From Ascidiella aspersa (lineage: Eukaryota): a DNA stretch of 64,000 nt. A model generated the notes under the pieces. It had not been told where the DNA came from, did no database searches, and saw only the letters and a list, made by a program, of their open reading frames with translations. The stretch is from positions 8,618,001-8,682,000 of the forward strand of contig OZ004607.1 of the NCBI GenBank assembly GCA_963924565.1, read 5' to 3'. Of the stretch, positions 11,834-19,579 are shown piece after piece (position 1 is the first letter of the stretch; each line of letters starts with the position of its first letter). Made by a program: the position numbers and the translations under genes.

Positions 11834-13741
11834 ATGCCAAAACAAAAGCCCTCTGATGAAGTTGGAAACCAAGAGACCTTACAGGCAAAGGTTGAATCAC
11901 TTGAAAAGAATCTTCAAGCAACAAAGGTATTTGAACAGCAGGCACAAGATCGTCAAACAGAAGTGGAAGCTACATTGAAAAGACAAGAGCACAAATTGGA
12001 AATGAACCAAAAGAAGCAGCAAGCCGACCATCTCGAACAAATTCGCTTGCTGGAAGAAAAAATTGAACAACTCCAACAAGCTGAACTCCAAAGAGAAAAG
12101 GAAGCCGAAGAATTATCACAAAAGATGAGTAAACTGCTGCTACAACAGGAAAACTCACAAATTCCTGAACAAAAGGCCTCAACACAAGAGGAAAACCACG
12201 AAGATCAACCAAGCACATCTGGACAGCAGTCACTTCCAAAACCAAACTTAGAGAAACTAGGAGAAGAGCAGAAGACACCAGAGAGAACAAAGACATCAAC
12301 AGAAGAAAGCAGACAAAGAGTTGAAGGAGGAGAAAACGACAAAGACACTCGCTCCGGAGACAGTGACACCGCCTCATCATCCTCGTCTTCATCCTCATCA
12401 TCAGAGACAAGAAGGAAGTCAAGGAAGGCGAAGAAAAAGAAGAAGAAGAAATCAAAGCACAAGAAGAGGCGCAAACGCGACTACAAAGTGCCTGACATGA
12501 AAAAAGGCAAAGTAAAACAATGGTTTGATATCGCAGACGACACCTTTGACCGTCACAAGGCAACGGACCAAATGCGATACGAAGACTTGTCAGATGCCAT
12601 CCCTAGCTCTATGTTTTGGACACTCACCGAGCAAGTGAGGAAAGCAGGAAGACACCCAACTGACAAGTATGGAACTTTGAAAAAAGCACTTTTAAAAGCC
12701 TACGGTTTCGAAGACGAATCAAGTTGGATGGATCGACTGGAAAAGACAAGACGCAGAAAGAAGGAATGGCCTTCGCTTTTTGCTGACAGGCTGATTCGGG
12801 TGATTGGAGGTGAAGATGAATTAAACATCGACAAAGTCAAAGCTTCAGTCAACAGGAAATTCATTGACGAAATTCCCGAATGGCAGCGCGCCACAATAAC
12901 TGCAATGGATCCACAAGACTTAGCCGCAAGAGCACAAAAAGCGGACCAGCTTTGCAAGGAATCTCGCATATGGAACAATCAGAGCAGCGGACAAAGCAGC
13001 GACTCCGACGACACCAATGACGACACCAGCAATGAGGCAAAACCAAAGACAAAAGAACAAAATGGAGTACAAAAACAATTCTCCAAGATAATGTTAGAGC
13101 TCTCACGAATAAAAGAAGAGAAAACAACAACTCAGGTTCCAGAGTCCGACAAGACGAAGCATCGACAATTTTCCAGAAACTGGAACTCGAAAAGCAGCAG
13201 TTGGAACCCAAAAAGAAACAGAACTTTTCAAGACCAAACAAGAAGAAACAGCAGTTGGAATCAGCCACAGACATCAAGACGCCCAGAAGTCCAAAATAAC
13301 TCTCGTTACTGCTGGAAACACAACAAGTTTGGCGCCGAATCAAGAGGTTGCATACCGCCCTGCGTTTGGAAAACAGACCACCCTGTGAAAGAAAAATCAG
13401 TTAACAACGTCACAGGAAATGATACAGCCACTTTGCCATTTGTAATGGACAAAACGACTGGTCAACGGTACCTAATCGACAGCGGAAGCCCTTTCTCCTT
13501 CATACGCCCAAAACCTCACGCAAAGCCAGATAACAAAAACGACTTTTCGACGACAACGGGAACGCCAATGAACACGTATGGACAGAAAACTCTAACTTTA
13601 GATTTGGGATCTTCCTCAAAAATAACACATACATTTATTGTAGCCGACGAAACAGGCCTTTCAAGCTTCAAAGGACAAATTATCAGACGCCGTTGCACTT
13701 TGTCATCCGTTATTAGATGCACCACTGTCAATAACGAGTGA
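11834..13741 (+). CDS. gag: Gag plus N-terminal part of the aspartic protease (truncated by a deletion at about 13648)
   Basis: 635-aa ORF with an N-terminal coiled coil, Ser and Lys/Arg tracts, a CX2HX9CX3C knuckle (CWKHNKFGAESRGCIPPC) and the protease motif YLIDSGS. Similarity stops at HTFIVAD, after which the frame reads out-of-frame RNase H DNA. Confidence 0.92.
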   Translation: MPKQKPSDEVGNQETLQAKVESLEKNLQATKVFEQQAQDRQTEVEATLKRQEHKLEMNQKKQQADHLEQIRLLEEKIEQLQQAELQREKEAEELSQKMSKLLLQQENSQIPEQKASTQEENHEDQPSTSGQQSLPKPNLEKLGEEQKTPERTKTSTEESRQRVEGGENDKDTRSGDSDTASSSSSSSSSSETRRKSRKAKKKKKKKSKHKKRRKRDYKVPDMKKGKVKQWFDIADDTFDRHKATDQMRYEDLSDAIPSSMFWTLTEQVRKAGRHPTDKYGTLKKALLKAYGFEDESSWMDRLEKTRRRKKEWPSLFADRLIRVIGGEDELNIDKVKASVNRKFIDEIPEWQRATITAMDPQDLAARAQKADQLCKESRIWNNQSSGQSSDSDDTNDDTSNEAKPKTKEQNGVQKQFSKIMLELSRIKEEKTTTQVPESDKTKHRQFSRNWNSKSSSWNPKRNRTFQDQTRRNSSWNQPQTSRRPEVQNNSRYCWKHNKFGAESRGCIPPCVWKTDHPVKEKSVNNVTGNDTATLPFVMDKTTGQRYLIDSGSPFSFIRPKPHAKPDNKNDFSTTTGTPMNTYGQKTLTLDLGSSSKITHTFIVADETGLSSFKGQIIRRRCTLSSVIRCTTVNNE

Positions 13742-15422
13742 CGCTTCAAACCATGGATGCGGCGCGGTTCTACAACAACGTGTAGACCAAAAATGGGAAC
13801 CTTTAGCTTTTTTCTCAAAAGCCTTCAACAAAACCCAACAAAAGTATTCCGCGTTTGGACGCGAATTACTTGGCATTTACCTTGCGGTGAAACACTTCAT
13901 ATTTTACATTGGAGAGAGAGAAACAACGATTTTCACCGACCATCTGCCTCTCGTTCACGCTTTCATATCGAACGCGGATCGCATAATTCCGCGAGAAGCG
14001 AGACACTTGGCCTTCATCGCCGAATTCGCCACATCCATGGAGCATGTAGCAGGAAAGGATAACGTCGTAGCCGATCACTTGTCTAGAAACGCGCTCAATC
14101 ACATACAACTCAACACGGAAGCGATCGACTGGAAAGCCATCGCACAAGCGCAAGAAGAAGACCCAGAATTGAAAGCCCTATTGGACAACGGAACTGGCAT
14201 GTCACTACAAAAACTCACTCCACCAACCATGAAGACGGAATTGTGGTGTGACACTTCAAGCTCTGTGCCAAGAATATACATTCCGCAAGGGTTCAGACAT
14301 CACGTCTTCCGGATTCTACACTCCGTGACCCACCCAGGAATCAAACCCACCATCGAACTGATTGCAAAACGCTATGTATGGCCACATATGAAAAAGCACG
14401 TTCGCATGTGGACCAGACAATGCCACGAATGCGCGACTTGCAAAGTGACACGGCACAATTTCACTCCAATTGGACGATTCCAACCAGTTGAGAGGAGATT
14501 TGAATGTGTGCACGCCGACATATTGGGACCGTTAAACAACAGCAACGGTTACAGGTACATTCTAACCATGACTGATCGTTTTTCTCGTTATACCGAAGTT
14601 TCACCTCTAAAAGACATAACAACCGAAACTGTGTTAGAAGCTTTTCTATACACCTGGATTTCAAGATATGGAATATGCAACACTTTGACCACAGACCGTG
14701 GATCTCAGTTCACATCACACCAGTGGAAGGAAATGATGGAATATTTGGGGATACAACACAATAAAACCACCTCATTTCATCCACAAAGCAACGGCCAAAT
14801 CGAAAGATTTCACAGACAGCTAAAATCGTGTCTAAGGGCACAGACTTCAGCAGAGGACTGGTACTACAACCTGCCGCTCATTATGCTGCAATTACGATCA
14901 ACGTGGAAAGAGGATCTACAGTGCTCGCCAGCAGAACTTCTGTACGGACAAACACTGAAATTGCCCAATGACGTTTTTGCCACTACGCCGCCAGAAAGCG
15001 AGGCAACAGCAGGAAGCATTCTTTGCAAAATTCGCTCCTACATGGACAAACAGCGATACAAGCCGACACGGCCGCGAAATAAAAGGCCCAACTACGTCGA
15101 CAAGGCATTGATGACCTGCAAACACGTCTACGTGAGAAACGACGCTTCAAAACCAAGCCTGGCCCCACTCTATGACGGGCCATACAAAGTTCTTGACAGA
15201 AGCGACAAATACTTCAAGCTTGACAAAAATGGAAAACCTGATAACGTTTCCATTGACCGCTTGAAAACCGCTTACGCTATTCTAACTGTTCCAACACAAC
15301 CGTCACCTAACGATGTTTCAACAGATGTCTCCGAAGATGAAGACACTGAAACGCCACCTGAGACGGAACGGACTACTGCAAGAGGACGAAACATCCGCCT
15401 CCCAGCCAGATACCGTGATTAA
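13644..15422 (+). CDS. pol: Pol remnant: RT connection end, RNase H and integrase; RT catalytic core absent
   Basis: Open frame TKQAFQASKDKLSDAVAL...TSDASNHGCGAVLQ...RELLGIYLAVKHF...TDHLPL...NVVADHLSR (RNase H). Integrase shows H-X3-H...CHEC, HADILGP, TTDRGSQF, QIERFHR and GPY. No YxDD motif. Confidence 0.93.
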   Translation, partial: PTKQAFQASKDKLSDAVALCHPLLDAPLSITSDASNHGCGAVLQQRVDQKWEPLAFFSKAFNKTQQKYSAFGRELLGIYLAVKHFIFYIGERETTIFTDHLPLVHAFISNADRIIPREARHLAFIAEFATSMEHVAGKDNVVADHLSRNALNHIQLNTEAIDWKAIAQAQEEDPELKALLDNGTGMSLQKLTPPTMKTELWCDTSSSVPRIYIPQGFRHHVFRILHSVTHPGIKPTIELIAKRYVWPHMKKHVRMWTRQCHECATCKVTRHNFTPIGRFQPVERRFECVHADILGPLNNSNGYRYILTMTDRFSRYTEVSPLKDITTETVLEAFLYTWISRYGICNTLTTDRGSQFTSHQWKEMMEYLGIQHNKTTSFHPQSNGQIERFHRQLKSCLRAQTSAEDWYYNLPLIMLQLRSTWKEDLQCSPAELLYGQTLKLPNDVFATTPPESEATAGSILCKIRSYMDKQRYKPTRPRNKRPNYVDKALMTCKHVYVRNDASKPSLAPLYDGPYKVLDRSDKYFKLDKNGKPDNVSIDRLKTAYAILTVPTQPSPNDVSTDVSEDEDTETPPETERTTARGRNIRLPARYRD

Positions 15423-15443
15423 CGCATCACGCAAACAGACTAA

Positions 15444-17373
15444 TTTTCGTTCGTACTGTTGATATTGTATATATTGTTCTTGCCGTTAGCAACCCCCATA
15501 CAGCTAACAAATCTACGCCTTTGCAATAAGGCTCAAATCTCACAAATTACGTCATCAAGACGCCAGAGCAATGCGTCTATCACGAAACAGGGTCAATCAA
15601 GCATTGCTCAGCAAAAGTTTACAATCCGGACTTGCATCTTCAACAACTAACTGCATACAGCTGTCAACAAACAGTAACAACCTACTCAACTGTCTTGTAT
15701 TTCTTTGGCGCCAAGACCAAAGAACAACACACCGCTTTCAAAGCAGCACCAAGCAGGAATCTTTGTCAAGAATGGTCAAGAACAAAACAGACTAAATTTG
15801 GACATCTAACGCAGAAAACACCCAACCAGTGGTTGACAAATAACAAACCAAATTTCCGATACGTTTGGCCAATCAAATCCACCGGAACAGCACAGAACGC
15901 AATTTTGACACAAGTGACAATTTTATACGACCCAATAAAGAAAAGGATAAGCAGCACACTAACTTCACTACAAGATTGCCACGTTGCAAAAGGCAATTTC
16001 TTATCTGGAACACATCGGTTCATTTGGGAAGTTCCGCAAAACATCGGATGCCCGAAACTAACCACCATCGGAGAAGAAAAGATGCTTCTCCACTTCAATA
16101 CTCAAAAGAAGCTTTTCCGTTTGGAATTCCGAAGCCTCGCCATTTCGTTACACACGTGGAACATGTGTGATGAAAACACATTGAGATGCCTTCGAGTTCC
16201 CACAGCTTTCTGTGACCTGGGCGGACTAATTTTCGCCCCACAACGCTGCAAAATCCCAACGAAAGACTTTCAACCCCCACAAAACTTTACACTGGATCGA
16301 TATTCTCCTGTGGGTCGAGCGCTCAATAACCTACAGGACAACGTCGAATCACAGCTGACACGAATAGTAAGCGAAATCAATTTGCTCGAGTGTCAGATAA
16401 AACGAAGTGCAACTATGACATTAAAGATGCTTTCACGCGTCTACCCCAGTGAGGTTCTTTCAACCATGAAGGACACGAACTCAGAGGGGCTATCAAATTC
16501 GGACACAATCAGCCAACTTTCTTGCCGAACAATAGATGGGAAACTGATCACTTCTCTAACATACAACGGCAGGTTCGCGATGCGTCCGCTGATAAGTTAT
16601 CGTCACCCCGATGGTACCACTCGAACAGCACAGCTATAGGTTACGGTGGCTTTGCATACGACCAAGTGGAAGCCCTCGAAGATTACGTTCCGAACAGAGT
16701 ACAAAAATTTGTCATACAAGGAGTTCTTTACATCTTCAACAACTACACGTTGGAATACGAAAACGCCCCAACGACAACGCTAATAATGCATTTCGCAAAA
16801 ATTGCGTTGAACTTCACAGCTCAAGACTACGTGGACACGCTCCACACTTTTGCTTCAATGTCTTCGAGTTCAACCGACCTCAGCACTCTCGTGAACTCCA
16901 TAAAGGAATCACGTCATATTGCTGAAACAATGAAAGCTTACTTCACCGACCTGGCAAACACCACGTCGTCAGGCGGAACAGGCGCAAAACTCAGCTATCT
17001 TGCAAAAGTTCTAGACAACGCGCTGATAAGCATGATATCATCTATATCAAGCCTTTGGATTCAGGGAATAATTTGCTTCCTTGTAATTCAAGCGTGCATT
17101 TGGGGAATGAAACTGACCATCGCAGCTCTATCAGAAAGGCTTCAACAGCGTTTCCCTAACAACCCATTCGAACAACGAATGGCGAACATGCGGATTCGCA
17201 TCTCAGAGTGGCGCAGTCGCCTACGCAATATTGCTAGGAGAGACCCGAATATGCCACCCTTACAAAACAACACAAATAACCCTACCCAAACCCCCACCCC
17301 TAACCTACAGTCGGCGGCAAGACCGTTGACAAATTCGATCTCTGACAGCGCGAACAGCGACACAGAGGCCTAA
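15444..17373 (+). pseudogene. env: env-like ORF3: class III (herpesvirus gB-like) fusion glycoprotein, about 642 aa when repaired; two frameshifts
   Basis: Signal-peptide-like FSFVLLILYILFLPLATP, a Cys-rich ectodomain, gB-like segments YPSEVLST...SDTISQLSC...RPLISYRHPDGTTRTAQLG...VQKFVIQGVLYIFNNY, a C-terminal TM segment LWIQGIICFLVIQACIWGM and a cytoplasmic tail. A 1-nt deletion at about 15547 and a TA duplication at about 16636 join the three ORF pieces. Confidence 0.8.
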
Positions 17374-17914
17374 ATTAACGTTTGCTAACAATAACTTAAA
17401 AGCCAAACGCTAAGCTTACCGAATTGTGCATGAAATTTATCGCCATGTATTTATAATTCGATGTATCGCATTTCATCAATGTACGCCTGAAATTTATTTG
17501 TGTCACAAAGGGTCCGAGCGACCAAGAAAATAATCGTTCAAACTTTGTTTATCAAATAGACAGCCTTCAGCTGTTCATTTGAGTTGCCACAGCTTAAAAG
17601 AGCCCGGCCAAACATTTATTGTTTCCTGTATTGCATTTTCAATCGTTTGTGTACATCTATATCACGGAGAAAAATCTTTTACAAAAGCGCCCCCCAAAAA
17701 ATTACAAAAACACCCATAAAACGTTGCTCTCTTGAGTTGTAAATATATTGTTTTCTTACAACGCCACGCTTGTTTTTCGCTCGCCATTTTTGCATGCTAT
17801 TTCTTTTCATGTCCCACAGCTTTCGGACATGCACCCAAACCAATTCCTAATATCAATCTTCCAGATTTCTTTTCCAATTAATGAACAACCCTTTCTACGT
17901 CTGGCTTGTTCATT

Positions 17915-17923
17915 GGAAGGGGA
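17915..17923 (+). other. Polypurine tract
   Basis: GGAAGGGGA lies 4 nt upstream of the 3' LTR. Confidence 0.75.
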
Positions 17924-17927
17924 CTTC

Positions 17928-18296
17928 TGTAGCATTTAGCCTACTTTTACGTCACTATACACGTGACCATTGTCCACTGACGTGTGACCGCCGCACCTAG
18001 CGAATTGCTTTTCCGCATTTGACAATTGATTCTACTTTATACGTCTTACTGATTAGCGGCTTGAATCACCGCTCTGTTTATCGCTGTATTTCTGAGATTT
18101 GTGAATATACTCTAAGAGCAACTATCTACTGAGTGGATTGTCTTTGCTTAGAGTACAAGAAGTTAAGGACAGGTATTCTAGCGGCCTGCTCCTTTGGAGT
18201 CGGATTAAGAACTTGTAAGAGACTTAGGCAGCCGTCGGCCCTCGTCTGTAGGGTCAGCAGCCTTCCTATAGCTCCCTACGACCCCTCAACGCTTCA
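17928..18296 (+). repeat. 3' LTR (369 bp)
   Basis: Direct repeat of 10698-11066, followed by TSD GTTGG. Confidence 0.98.
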
Positions 18297-18421
18297 GTTG
18301 GAACAAAGTAACACGAACGAATGTATTCACAATTCTAGAGAACTGTGGCTACGCAGTACACATGTACATAAAAATGATTGCCTTTAGGAAATTTTATTTA
18401 ACAAACGAATATGAATTGAAC

Positions 18422-19011
18422 CAGGGAGTCGAACCGGAACCGAACCGGAACTTTATGAACCGGTTTTGGGTCAATTTTTGCCGAACCGTAACCGAACCTG
18501 AACCGGTTTTTGTAAGATTTTAAGGAACCGAACCGGAACTGAACCGAACATTTTGAAAGTACCTGAAACTTAACCGAACCCGAACCTGTAAACATGAGCG
18601 GTTCGCTCCAGCATGACATCACTACTTCTATTTTACAGAGCCAAGTTACGCTTTGTTCGAAATTTTATGAAAAAATATGAACATTGAATAAAAAACGTTG
18701 ATTTTATATTTTTTAGATATTTCAGTAATGAGTTGCTGTTTTTTAAATACGTCATGTATCTTTGATTAAATGACTTACAATTCAAAAATCATTCTTTACA
18801 TTTATCCACCCACGTTTTAAAATTTAACGCAACTTATATTGTATCCGAACTAGACTTTATGAACCGGTTTTGAAATAACGATGGTCGAACCGGAGCTGAA
18901 CGGGAACTTTTAAATTCCTCCGAACCGAAACCGGAACTGAACCGAATTTCGAAAAAATCCTTGAACCCGAACCTAACCTGAACCGGGAAAGTCAAACGGT
19001 TCGACTCCCTA
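18422..19011. mobile_element. hAT-like MITE with GAACCG subterminal repeats (590 bp)
   Basis: TIRs CAGGGAGTCGAACCG / CGGTTCGACTCCCTA and a perfect 8-bp TSD AATTGAAC. Confidence 0.92.
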
Positions 19012-19579
19012 AATTGAACACACGTACGAAAACAAAAATCTCAATTTGTTTTCAACAATAAATTGCAGCTCCCCTGTGCACAAGCATAAGCATATGTCAT
19101 GTTACAGGGACGCACAGGTTGGAGACAACTGTTATACTTCACTAAAAATATTTTGGGATAAAACCAAGGAGGGGTTTTCTGGTTGATATTTTAGCAAACA
19201 AGGCAAATTACCTAAAAGCGGTTCAACTATCTACTTATCAAAAATAATTTGTTCTGCAGTTATATAACGGGCCTTGAGAATTAGACGCTTTATGAAGAAA
19301 CTGTTTGTCACGAGCAAACAATATAAGAAAGAGATGCTAAAATTCAGGCATAGGCTTATATGAGAGTTGCAATGTGCACAACAAGCAGTTTTGATTTTCG
19401 GGGTTTTATTGCTGCTTTAACTAATTAATATCGGTTTATTTTTCTAGTTTGAGTTGTTAATTTTTTTCCCAGATCGGCAGTCTAGTCTGTTATGTAGATA
19501 ACAATGAACAAATATTCTATACAGGGAAGTCGGTTGTGGAATTTCCTTTTTAATCAGTATTTTAAGGAAACCAGGTGTG

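Larger units (their letters stand above)
10698..18296 (+). mobile_element. Ty3/Gypsy (CsRn1-like) LTR retrotransposon, 7599 bp, with env-like ORF3 and deleted RT
   Basis: Paired 369-bp TG...CA LTRs, TSD GTTGG (10693-10697 and 18297-18301), PBS, PPT, and gag-PR, RNase H-integrase (Gypsy order) plus a third ORF. Confidence 0.97.
10538..19131. mobile_element. Old hAT-like non-autonomous DNA element that hosts the LTR retrotransposon and a second MITE
   Basis: Degenerate TIRs CAGTGGGCTTCAACCT / AGGTTGGAGACAACTG. The whole interval is absent from the paralogous region (about 29540-29550) of the PLB1 duplicate. Confidence 0.55.

Noticed and set aside
11897-13343. Antisense ORFs over gag (up to 197 aa)
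   Set aside because: They are expected shadows of an A-rich coding strand and show no motifs.
13630-13745. Programmed gag-pol ribosomal frameshift at the ORF overlap
   Set aside because: The frame change falls in the middle of the protease and the downstream frame starts at RNase H with RT missing, so it is a deletion junction. No slippery heptamer is present.
16625-16645. env split into separate genes or recoded at TAG 16637
   Set aside because: Removing one duplicated TA restores AQLGYGG, matching the gB-like GQLG motif. A simple indel is the more economical explanation.
18422-19011. CRISPR-like array of GAACCG repeats
   Set aside because: The repeats are short and irregular with no unique spacers, and are bounded by TIRs and an 8-bp TSD in eukaryotic DNA.
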